From Lama glama (taxonomy: Eukaryota), in the NCBI GenBank assembly GCA_028534125.1, contig CM052817.1, forward strand, positions 72,356,001 through 72,420,000: a stretch of 64,000 bases of DNA, read 5' to 3'. The notes below the pieces were generated by a model, which searched no databases, was not told the DNA's origin, and saw nothing but the letters and a program-made list of their open reading frames with translations. The translations under genes and the position numbers were made by a program. Positions 1 through 11,270 of this stretch are shown in pieces. Position 1 is the stretch's first letter. Every line of letters begins with the position of its first letter.

Positions 1-559
1 GATTGTTTTCCTGAAGATTATACTGTTAGTTTCTCACAGGTCTTGAATCAGAATTTGGGCGTACTGATTCCCTGCCCAGCACTTTTTCCATGATGGTGAA
101 TGCCTCCCCATCAACTCCTCTTCCCCCTAGTTCTCCATCTGCATTTCCACCTTAATGTTGTTCCCATCTGGCCTTTCTTTCATTTCGTACGTCAACATCA
201 TTATCCCCAAAAAGCACTGCAAAGCTATTTCATTATTCATTGGGTATCTCTGCCTTTGTCACTCAGTTGAAGCTCTCCTCACCTTTTCCTGTCTCCATAA
301 ATTTCCCTTTTACATCATCACCCTATCCCACACTTCCACATTTTTCTGACAAAAGTTATTAATAACACATGAATTGCCAAGACAACATTTCCTTCATAAT
401 CATTTAATTGAACTTGGCTTTGTGAAGTTCTTATCCCTTTTAAAAATCATTCATCAAATAGTTTGAGCTCCTGTTATTGTCCCAACCCTGCGGTAGACAC
501 TGGAGAGACGAAAGAAGACACGGTTGCCATCGATAGAGGTCCAAGTCTTTCTCCTGTTT

Positions 560-1190
560 TCTTTGTTCACTGTATTTACACCTGTTTCTAGGACTTTTTC
601 ACTATCACCTCTTCTTCTGCCAAGCTCTTAAATGTTGCTCTTGTCTTCAGGATTCTGTTTCAGTTTCTTTTTCTTCTCTGTTGATGGAAACCTCTCTGTG
701 GGTCCTTAACTATATTCTGAACCTATTAATCTGGATTTCCAACTGTTTTTAGATACTCCTACCTCAAGATCGTGTAAGCACTCATATTCCACTGCCTAAA
801 AATGAGCTCTTTATCTTGCTGGGCTCTCCACCCATGCCTCCTCCTCTAGAGTTCCTTGTCTATTCTTAGATGATAATATTTGCCAAGATACTTAGAAAAA
901 CTCAGTGGATATCTTTGATGTCTCACTTTTCCCTCTTTTGTATATCATATGGGCAAATGGTCAGCAAGCCTTGCAGACACTACTTTCCAAATGTCCTTCA
1001 AGTGTGCCCCCTCCACCCTAGTTTCATTGCCCTTGCCCTGGATTAGGTCCTCATTGTCTTTCATCTGGACCACAACAATAGGATCCTAGATGTCTCCTGT
1101 TGCCCCCTCCCAGTCTATATTCCCCAGTGCTGCTGGAATCATCCTCCTAAACATGGATTTAATTATGTGAGTTTTATATTTAATACTCCC
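560..1190 (+). mobile_element. LINE-2 (L2) 3' region, ancient degraded fragment
   Basis: Pyrimidine-rich sequence with L2-like motifs (aatctggatttccaactg..., gtcctcattgtctttcatctggacc..., ccccagtgctgctggaatcatcctcctaaaca). Boundaries approximate. Confidence 0.6.
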
Positions 1191-1208
1191 CTACATATTT
1201 TAAGTCTT

Positions 1209-1792
1209 TTTTTCCTTTTTGTATTCTTTTTCATTTTCATTATAGGTTACTATAATATATTGAATACAGTTCCCTGTACTATACAGTATGAACTTGTTGT
1301 TTATCTATTTTCTATATAGTAGTTAGTATCTGCAAATCCAAAACTCCTAATTTATCCCTCCATCTCCTTCCTCCTTTCTCACTGGTAACCATAAATTTGG
1401 TTTCTATGTCTGTGAGTCTGTTTCTGTTTTGTAAATAAGTTCGTTTGTATCTTTTTTTTAAGATTCCATACATAAGTGATATCATGCGGTATTTTTACTT
1501 CTCTTTCTGACTTAGTTCACTTATAATGACAATCTCCAGGTCTATCCATGTTGCTGCAAATGGCATTATTTTATTCTTTTCTATGGCTGAGTAGTATTCC
1601 ATTCTATATTTATACTACAACTTCTTTATCCAGTCATTTTCAATGGACACTTAGGTTGTTTCCACTTCTTGGCTATTGTAAATAGTGCTGCTATGAACAT
1701 TGAGGTGCATGTATCTTTTCAAATTAGAGTTTCCTCCAGATAAATGCCCAGCAGTGGGACTGCTGGATCATATGGTAAAACTATTTTTAGTT
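1209..1792 (-). mobile_element. 5'-truncated lineage-specific L1 (ORF2 end plus 3' UTR)
   Basis: Classic antisense L1 text (ccatgttgctgcaaatggcattattttattc...ggctgagtagtattcca; ttggctattgtaaatagtgctgctatgaacat; gctggatcatatggta). Candidate 11-bp TSD TTTTAAGTCTT at 1198-1208 and 1793-1803. Confidence 0.92.
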
Positions 1793-2499
1793 TTTTAAGT
1801 CTTGATTTTATTTCTTGATCCAAAGAGGAGTAAAGATAGCTCACAGAAACATGTCAAAACAAAACATTATAAAATAAAGAATCTGAAGTGGAAGAAAAAT
1901 AAAAAGAAGCAAGAGGTGGAGATCAAGCCCTCAAATCCTGTCTGTTTCCCATCGACAGACAGAAATTTGACTTTGAGTTTTAGAACAGGCTGAGCAAAGA
2001 TGAGAACATGACTTTTAATAACTGTTTCTATACACATTTGCTTCTTCTGATGGATTGTTAAGTTCTTTGGGGAAAGATATGTATGTTTTTGTTTGTTTAA
2101 TTTTTGTATTCCCCAGAAATTAGAGTTAGCACTTTCTGTCAAGAAATGCTGCCTCTCATTGAAATAAAAAGTACTGCATTTTTAATATCTTGAAATTCAT
2201 ATCATTCTCTATTTCTTGTCAGTGTTCATACAAGCACTACTAAATATGGTGTGTAAAAAATACAGAGCCTACAAACTTAATATATCATCTACTTAGCTCC
2301 AATCATACATACACATGCAGACACACATGTACTCATACATACAACTACAGTTCAAACACTGATAAAAGTTTTTCACTTGAGTTTCCTCTTCATGCTTTAT
2401 ACATCAGCTGTTCTTTTTATAAATGATTTTACCAGGTAACACAGTCTTTCTTAAGAGCCACATTATTTATTGAGAAATGCAATCAAGACTGCCAGTCAA

Positions 2500-2603
2500 G
2501 GGGGTAGGGTATAGCTCCATGGTAGAGCACCTGCTTAGCATGCATGAGGTCTTATGTTCAATCTCCAGTATTTCCATTTAAAAAACAAATAAACCTAAAA
2601 AAA
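2500..2603 (+). mobile_element. tRNA-derived SINE, Vic-1-like (camelid)
   Basis: GGGGTAGGGTATAGCTCCATGGTAGAG (A box), GTTCAATCTCC (B box) and an A-rich tail. 14-bp TSD AAGACTGCCA(G/A)TCA at 2485-2498 and 2604-2617. Confidence 0.9.
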
Positions 2604-5600
2604 AAGACTGCCAATCAGGTAAGTACCATGTGAATGTGCCATAACTCAATATGCTTTTCATGGAACCAAAGTACATGTTCTTGTAACTAGAATTTTACAA
2701 TTAGGGCATATAGGTTTGGGAGTACAATGGGAAGGATGCATCTGTTATTCCTTTGGAAAATAAATTTAAGAGAAGTTATTATGACAAATTACAGTTTGTC
2801 TTTTAAAAATTTATAATGTTTCTGGAAGGATTCTAAGTTGTAGGAGTGAAGTGTTGGATTTCTTGCTATTTTGAATCAGGGAACTCTAAGCATTCCTGCT
2901 ATGCTCACCAATCTGTGTATATTATTTATGTTTGTTGTGAAAGTTGATGTTTACAGCCAGGCAAAAATGGCATTTCATGCGTTTCTTTGTGGATGGATCT
3001 GGAAAGGGAAGAAACAAACTTTTTCATGCTTAAGAACTGATTGCAGCCATATGATTTTTTCAACATCAATGTGATGAACAGAGAAGGATGCCTCATTAGC
3101 TTTATAAAGAAGATCATCCATTAAAAACATGAGCTGGGGCACCCATGGTGCACAGCATCAGGTACTAATCACAGACACATACTTCACAGGTCCTGGTGTT
3201 TTTGTTTGAAAGCGTTGCTGCCACAGCATCGTACAGTCACCACCCAGACACATTGTTGACAAGAACTGCCAAGCACCTCAACGTCATTTTTCACACAAGA
3301 AAGCAACAGAGAGTTGGAAACCGTCTCCAGCATGACACCGCTGATACTTTTTCAGCTGGAGCACAGATACTCTTCCACTTGTACCCTCTTAGCTAACTCA
3401 CAGATTTTTTCAACATTCCTCTAGTTCTAGGAAACGCAAGTAAAATAAGAAATGTGTGGCTATGACACCACTTTAAACACATGTCATTCATTCTATACTA
3501 AACCTCATAAGTTTGTTGGAGTTGGGGTCTCTTTTTTTTTGACATTTTAATACAGAAAATAAAATATGAGAGTAGACTTGTACGAACAAGACAAAATATC
3601 GATTTGTGTATTTTTCAGGTAGTTTTGATTTTGACTGTGAAAAAAATGTTTCACTGCATAAGTATTATGTGACTTGTTTATGAATCTAACTCTAGACGGT
3701 TTCCTATGAATGCTGAGTCTATTCGATTTATCCTGATCCAAAGGGAGAGTGAGACTTCTCTAGGCTGAAACCTTCCTTTTTGTCTCCCAAAGCCAAGATT
3801 ACTCTTTCTATTTAGTAGAATTGCTCTTCCAAATGTAGTAAGTAGCCTGTGCAGTCTCGGAAGTAGAATAGCAAAGTGTCCCTGTGGGCAAGGACACCCC
3901 GGGGTTATGTAACTCAGAGGTTTTCATCCTTAATACCTCAGACACTGTATGATATTCAATCTGTGTTACTGATTTCATTTGTTGACTACCTTTACAATTT
4001 AAAATAGTCAATAGAACAATAAAATATTCAATACAGAGTAGCTCTTGCAGCATTTTTACAATGATTTTCCTGCTTTTGTCTTTTAAATGAGGGCTAACGT
4101 AGCACAACTTTCTAGCAACAACTGCTTCCTGGAATCGAGTATTATGAAAGTATTATTAACTATTTCAGATTAAATAGATGCATTCAATTAAATAATTACT
4201 CAAATCCAAAGATGCAGTATTAGTGAATGGAAAGAAATATGTGAACAGAAGGTCCCCAGATTTGATCTATGACTTGGACTAGAATGAAAAGATAAGGAGT
4301 ATGTTTCCCTTACTTCTTATAAGTAAGGGGAAGGAGGTGTAAGAGTGCTAAGTGGGTGGGTTTAAATCACAACAACTTCCAAAATTACCAGCGAACACCC
4401 ACATACACATCTTAGCAGAGTTCAGCAACACAATACTGTGTAACAGGATTGAGACATGAAACTGACATCATTCTACTTCGTGTTTTTCTAATTTGTAGGA
4501 ATAACTGGGATTTAGAAATCAATTTAGGCAGATAATTGTGTATTTGAAACCATGCCTGTGACACGGAATCCTTTTTTTCCCTCCTCTTCCCTTCATTGAA
4601 AGCCAATCACAGATCATGTTCCATGTAGAGAAATTTCTTCCAAATCAATGACTTGTATTTCCATACGATATAAAATGTGTACCTATATTTGTGAAAAAAG
4701 GTTTCAGAAGTTGATATTTCCTTTTGATGGATAGCTTTCTCCCGTAGCAGTTTCTTGCTGATCTGTCTTCACTTTTTATCTTTAGCATATTTTAGATTAT
4801 AAAATAATAGTCTTCAAAAATCAATAAATTCTTAATATGCATTAGATTCTCTGAATATTACTGCAAGTTCTACTCTGTGTTGGTTATACAAATACACAAA
4901 TGAGAAGGCCTTGAAGCAACCCACATCCTGGGACATACTAAACACAAATCAAGCCCCCATTATGAAACAAGAATCAAATCCACATCCTCTGTGCCACACA
5001 TTGAAATTCTTGCCTTTTTTTAGCTAATATGTATGTCAGCGCTTTAGTTTTTTTTCTTTTTGTGAACTTGCAGCCTCAGATGTTAGTTAAGTTTTACTCT
5101 TCTTCAAAAGCATTTATTTGAAAAACATGGGAATGGAAAATGAACAGGCTAAACTAATTAGGATATGCAAATGTGGTTCAGCGGGTCTGCTTTTTAAGTG
5201 AATCATACTTATTTGAATACACAAATAAAAGAAAATTTGTTTCAGTAACAATCTGGAAGTGAGCTCATGTGGAACAAATAAGGGCTTAAATTATAAGGAT
5301 TAACTTTTCAGAATCGACTTTGCAGTTCACCTTTTTAATAGAAGGAAATGTTGACTTGAGCCAGAGGCCCCATTTGGCATTCAGCGAGGTTTGGTGAGCC
5401 ACAGAATGCTTACCAAGTTCTTGTCCTCATTTAAAGTGAATGAAGAGATGGAAGAAAGGGCCTTCTGCGGATTTACTTACTTTTTTCGAGACAGTTGAGG
5501 GGCTAGCAGGTGCAAATTTATAACTATATAACACAGGCACCACCTTTCTTGTTTAAAAAAATATGTATTTTAAATCATAGAGTGGGAAACATTTGGCAAG

Positions 5601-7221
5601 TTCATTCCCAACACTGTTCTTGATGCAGAAAGAACCACAAGTGACATTAAAAGAGAGAAATGACATTGAAAGAAAAGGGGGAAAATGACTTTAAAAGAGA
5701 AAAAGAAATCAAGGCAAAATAATATATGGAAGAAATGGATTGTGAGGCTATTTTAGACTGGGAATCTATCCCCGAAGGACTAATGTTATATTTAATATTT
5801 CAGATTCATTTTACACAGATAGAAGGATTAGAATTCATCGAGTCATAGTTAAATCAAAGGACAAACCAGAATGATGGAAAATGTTATTCTAGGGCACTTA
5901 CCACTTAGTTAACGTCTGCCTTTTTTTTGCAGGAGTACTCTAGTTTTATATGTGGTTACTTAACAAAACCTATTTAATTTAAAACATTGCATTATTCTTA
6001 GGAGATAATCCAATGCTCTGTATTAGATCACCTACCTTTAGAATCTAGAATATTGTTTCATTTGTTCCTCATTCAAACTACAAATATTTGTTCAGCTCCA
6101 ACTATCTGCTACTCATTCCCAAGGTGCCTTGGGGAGTACAAAGGTGACTATGACATGGTCATGACCTACACTCAGCCAGCAGTTTTGTGGAGGAGACCAT
6201 GTCTAAAACACTCATTCTCCAAAGAAACATGCCCAGCTATGACACTCTATCTGCATGAGTTGATATGCTTGAGGGCTTATTTTTTGACTGGAGGGGACTG
6301 ACAGAAACATTGATACACAAATGCCCAGGAGACAGAAAAAAAATGAAAGCAATAGAAAGTAGCTTCCTTGTTAATTACATGTTGATACCATGGGCTGATT
6401 TTGAGTTCTTGTGGAGGTGAAGAATATAGGAAGAAGCTAAAGGAAATATTTTCAAGAGAGATGTAGAAAGTTTGGATCAAAGTAATGTTGCTTCAAAGCA
6501 GAGATATAAAGATGTGATCCAAACTTAGGGAAATTCAGTGTTTTCTGATAATTTTCTTTTACCTCAGAATATTGCGATTCTGTCCAGTCAGTGGGTCCAA
6601 ATGGGATATGATATAGATAGTGGGGAAGCCCTACATTTGGTTTTCTCAGAGATTAAGTACAATAGACCTATTAATAAGCCAATATGGTACATCTGCTGCA
6701 GAAACTTGGTGGAAAGATAGAAGAGCTTAAAGGTCTAAGCGTGCAAAGGAGCACACAGAGCACCCCCACGCCCCTGCACCGCCATGAACTCTCAGACATA
6801 AATGGAGAGACTCTGTGGAATGGGAGTGACTTAAAGCCCAAAGTCATGCAGTGGGAACTAGTCAGTCAATGAAATACAGGCAGGGGCATTAAAGTGAATT
6901 TCAACTTTATGGTTATTTAGCTTTTCCATAAATGATGACATGATAAGTGCAGATTAGTGCTATGAACTGTGAGTTGTCTGATCTCAACCACCAAGTATTT
7001 CCAAAATGTCCTCTCACTTGCAGACTGAGAGTTTAGACCACGTAACTTTGAGTACAAAACCTGCCCTGAACGTATAGCTCTAAGTTTAGCACATAAGAGA
7101 ATGATTAATTATAAAATCAGGGAGGGATCTGGAATGCCTACACTGGGTGACATTTATATTTAATAAATTTTGACAACTCACTTTGTAAATAAATTTTATT
7201 TTTATTTTATATATTTTTAAT

Positions 7222-7402
7222 TCTTTTCTTTTCTTTTTTTTCTTTTTTTTTTTTTGAGGGGGAGGTAATTAGGTTTAATATTTTTATTTATTTATTTTTT
7301 TTATGGAGGTAATGGGGGATTGAACCCAGGACCTTGTGTATGCTAACCCAGGACTTCAATGCATGCTAAGCGCATGCTTTATCACTGAGCTATACCCTCC
7401 CC
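7222..7402 (-). mobile_element. Vic-1-like SINE, long form, with internal tandem duplication
   Basis: Plus strand reads poly-T...gggggaggtaattaggttt...atggaggtaatgggggattgaacccaggacc...actgagctataccctcccc, the reverse complement of the SINE. AACCCAGGAC...ATGCT occurs twice in tandem. Confidence 0.9.
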
Positions 7403-7408
7403 ACTTCC

Positions 7409-7465
7409 TTTTTTTTTTTTTTAATGGAGGTACTGGGGATTGAACGCAGGACCTCTGAGCTATAG
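7409..7465 (-). mobile_element. Internally deleted Vic-1-like SINE monomer
   Basis: T-run then aatggaggtactggggattgaacgcaggacct joined directly to ctgagctata, so the middle of the tRNA part is missing. Confidence 0.8.
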
Positions 7466-7467
7466 CT

Positions 7468-7552
7468 TGTATCTGTATGACTAAACTACTATGTTGTATA
7501 CCAGAAATTGACACAACATTGTAAACTGACTATACTTCAATTAAAAAAAAAA
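7468..7552 (+). mobile_element. L1 extreme 3' tip with poly-A
   Basis: gtatgactaaac...tgtataccagaaattgacacaacattgtaaactgactatacttcaattaaaaaaaaaa matches the 3' end of the L1 at ~15015-15088 in this window. Confidence 0.85.
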
Positions 7553-7699
7553 CTAAGGCAGTGATTAATGCTAGGAAAACAAACATTCAAAAATGTTGAC
7601 AACTAGGCAGAAGGAAGTTACTAAGCTGAGGGGAAGAGACACAGTTATGTCAGATAATAGCAAACAGTCTCACTTTCTGAAGTCTGGAACACAGGTCAC

Positions 7700-8050
7700 A
7701 AAAAAGCTAAGTTTGTGCTGAAAAAGTAGGCTAAAACCAGGTCACATATTTGCCTGACTACCATCCCAAGGACTTCAAAATTAATACTGTTAGTAGCAGT
7801 TCAAGGGTCTCTGACTTGGCAAGTGTGAAAATTTGCATTTTAGGGAGAATATCCTATTCTTAGTGAAAGGTTACATTTTTCAGAAGATGGATTGGAGGCG
7901 AGAAGAATAATTAGGAGTCTATTCCAATAATCCAGATGAAAAATTAGGTAATGATCAAATTTCATAAACAGAATCTACAGTGCTTCCATGGGTACATAAG
8001 TTGAAGAAAGGGCAGAAGAGAAAGATGACTTACATGGTCTTCTGGAACAC
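7700..8050 (-). mobile_element. L2 fragment
   Basis: Purine-rich L2-like text (aatttgcattttagggag...gatggattggaggcgagaag...ttaggagtctattccaataatccagatga). Confidence 0.5.
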
Positions 8051-10974
8051 TGGAATCCATTCTCATAAGTTCGTTAGCGTGATTGGTGTGGAGAAAAGTA
8101 GACGGTATTTAAGGAGAGGCTTAAGCAGAACACCGTTCTGACCTGGTGATGATTAAGAGACCATCTAGCGCTGATGACCATGGCTAGTATGAGAATTGCC
8201 AGTTCTTTGAATCTGTAGAGACCACTAGGCATGATTTCCATCACACTCTCAAGTTGTCTGATAGAGGTAAGGAAACAACAACAAAAAAAGGCCAACTAAA
8301 GGTGTTACTGGTTACTGGATCAGATTAACATTTATATGAAAAATTGCTGTAGGACTTGTGGGAACCAATGGGATTCTCTACGTTTGCCAACATTAACCAC
8401 AAGCTTAAATTGCTCACATGATTATACTTTTGTTCGGAGTCATGCTTCAAAGGTCTCAGAGTAGGAACTTGTCTCAAGTGGAAATTATCCCAAGTTTGTC
8501 TCGTTTTAACTGCACATAGTTCCGAAGGGAGAATTAGAATAGAAAGAGCAACCAACCAAGATCAAGAGCAGACCCAAAGAAGTGAATAAAGACACACTGA
8601 TAAATGGCTATAAGAGTCTTTTAATACCTTCTAAAAAAAAATATCAGAACGAAATTCCAATCCCAATACTGTGGCTTAACAGTTGCTAGACCTTCTGTAG
8701 ATCAGTGTTCCTTCTCTTTAGGTATCGTAAGAGGCTTCCCTTAAAATCCAAGGGAATTTGATTGAGTTAGAAGTCCTAGGATCTGAGCTAAAACTATGTG
8801 TTCTCTACCCCCCAGGCACCTGGGAAGGGAAAAGCCAAATGTGTAAGCACATCCTATAGTCTTTAGATTGGAGTTTAAGCTTCGAAGTTCAAGCTGATGA
8901 ACCCAAAGAGAAGTGGGCACAAGAGAGGTGTTATCAAGTCAGAAGCACATCAAAGAGAAGCACGTGACTATAAGTGCAGATACAGTATTTGAGCTCATTT
9001 TCGCTGATGCCCAGAACAAGGACCATGAACATACAGACAAGCTTAAATAGATTAAGGCAAAAACTTAGAAAATAGAGATGGTATCAGAGCTCAAGGGAGA
9101 TCATCCTGCATTTCTAAAATAGAAATATGCATGAAGAGTAAAACATAGAATTTAGAACTAGAGATGGAAATTTAAGAATTAGTCTCATACAGATAATAGA
9201 AGACAGAATGATGTTGAGTGGGAAGAGAAAAAAACTACACATTTTACTTCTCTCTAATAAGATATGGATTATATATTTATATTTTAATCATTTATCTGAG
9301 AATGACTGAAAAAAAAATCCCTAATCCTTGGTTTAGGAATTAGCATAGAGATATCACCCTCTGCACACTGGGAATTCTGTGGTGATAAATATATAATCCT
9401 AAACAGAAAATCAAACATGCTTGAATAATAGGGGTAGGGAAAGGATGTATACTAAATTTTAAAATTTACCAACAAAATTTGGTGCTAAAGAGATATTTTG
9501 AGTTTCTTTTCCTATTTCAATGCACATTGTATGATCAGAAAAACCCAACACTATTTCTACTGTGTTCCAAACCGATAGATGAGCTCAAGATGTATTCCCA
9601 TGTGGTAAACTCATGGGATTTTCAGAGCACCGTAAAAGCTTTTTATCGTACACTCCAACACTGTCATCCACAGTTAGCTAGCAAATATGATAGGTTTTTA
9701 ATTTAATCCACCTCATCCTTGCCAGTGCTGCTTGTCTGTTACGTCATCTTTCTGTGGGCCAAGGGTTTGTTTTCCCCACATGGCTTTCACGAAGCTGCTG
9801 ACAGCCCTCCTGACTGAGAAACTGTAGAACAGCGATCTTCCGGTTCATTTGGTGGTACTGACAAAGAGAGCTGTTGATACCCTGATGCAAAGGCTCTCTA
9901 TCAGGCATTACATAGTGTCTGTGTTCTCAGCACGTTGGGGGCGTGATAAGTCATAGCACATGCTTTCTGACATCTCGCTACCTTTCACTGCTGTGTGGAG
10001 TTTCCCGCAGTTGAAATCAGGGTGACAGAAAGTAAAAAGCCAAGTGTGACATCATCAGCAACTGGTAGCAGTCACTGTATCATAAATAATATTTTGCAGA
10101 CGTGCAAATAAAATGAAGTTGTGAAAAGTTCACCACAATCTCTTTGAAGCAAATTTGAAATCAATGGTTTCACTCATTTCCACACACACCGATTTTAGCC
10201 AAGTCATGACAATACACAGAAATATCTGTGATGTTTTTACATTGAGAAGTCAAAGGACCAAGGTACTTGGTAAGTCTACTCAGTGAAAGAGCTGGGGACT
10301 TTTTTTTTTTAACAAAGTGAAAAAAAGTTTTGTTTGGTTTTGTTTTTTTAGAAATAGCTTCTCTCTTCAAAGTGGGATCACGTATCAGCGACTGTAGGTC
10401 CCACAAAGCAATGGGTGGCACTGCATAGGAGGTGACTCTGCTGTGGATGGAATGTCCCCTGATTATGATTACGCTTTGGTATTAATAAGGACGGCAGCTG
10501 CAGCAATCTGTTCAATTTTATGCAAATTAGCCCTGGCCCTCTGGCTTCTGGCTAGTGGCCAAGGCAGCCTTCGGCTGGGCAAAGTTTGGCTTTATGCTTT
10601 ATTCTACTGCTGCAAAGGTTTATTTAATTATCTGTATTTATTTAAAGCAGAACAGTACAAAGCAATTCTGTTCTTGGTCAACTTTGTGACGGCTGAATTG
10701 TGTGGGATTTCCCACCCATCCACAAGCTCGTTTGAATCGCTGAATATGTGAATCACTGAATACGACCCTGAAAAGCAGGAAGGGTGGACTCTACTCCTTG
10801 CTTTCTGCAATAATCAAGGGCTCACAGTAGTTCCTCTTCACTGTCCCACTGAAGATCTGTGAAATCAAATAATGCAGGTATCTTTTAACTGACATTGTAA
10901 ATCTTTAGTAGCTGGGACTCAGTTGGGGAGACAATCTGAATCAGAGAACTTGATTTACATAATATTTTAAAAGA

Positions 10975-11270
10975 AATGGGTGAAAGTGGTCCAAAAGTAC
11001 AAACTTCTAGTAACAAAACAGAAAGTCCTAGGGATGTAATACACAGATGGAGACTTCAGTTAATAATGCTGTAGTATGTATTTGAAAGGTATTAGAAGAA
11101 TAAATCCTAAAAAGTCTAACCACAAGAAAAAATTTTGTAACTATGTGTGGTGATGGATGTTAACTATACTTACTGTGATGAACATTTCACAATGGATGCA
11201 CATAATGAATCTTTATGTTACACACGTGAAACTAATATAATGTGATATGTTAGTTCTATCTCAATAAAAA
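10975..11270 (+). mobile_element. L1MA/L1MB-type 3' end
   Basis: aagtacaaacttctagt...gttaataatgctgtagtatgtatttgaaag...gtaactatgtgtggtgatggatgttaactatactta...ctatctcaataaaaa. Confidence 0.85.

Noticed and set aside
2500..2575. tRNA genes at the A/B-box sequences (also 7300-7402, 28190-28280, 32078-32148)
   Set aside because: They carry SINE tails, a TSD in one case, and indels or mismatches in the tRNA core, so they are SINEs rather than tRNA genes.
3183..3426. Minus-strand exon-like segment (acceptor cttattttacttgcgtttcctAG, donor GAA|GTATGT)
   Set aside because: All three frames have early stops and the donor is weak, so it is not a coding exon and nothing supports a non-coding one.
1209..7552. 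A 6-kb inversion splitting one L1 (the tip at 7468-7552 is roughly the part missing from the L1 at 1209-1792, in opposite orientation)
   Set aside because: The 1209-1792 copy has its own flanking direct repeat, and the sequence after the 7552 tail does not match the 5' flank of that copy as a TSD would.
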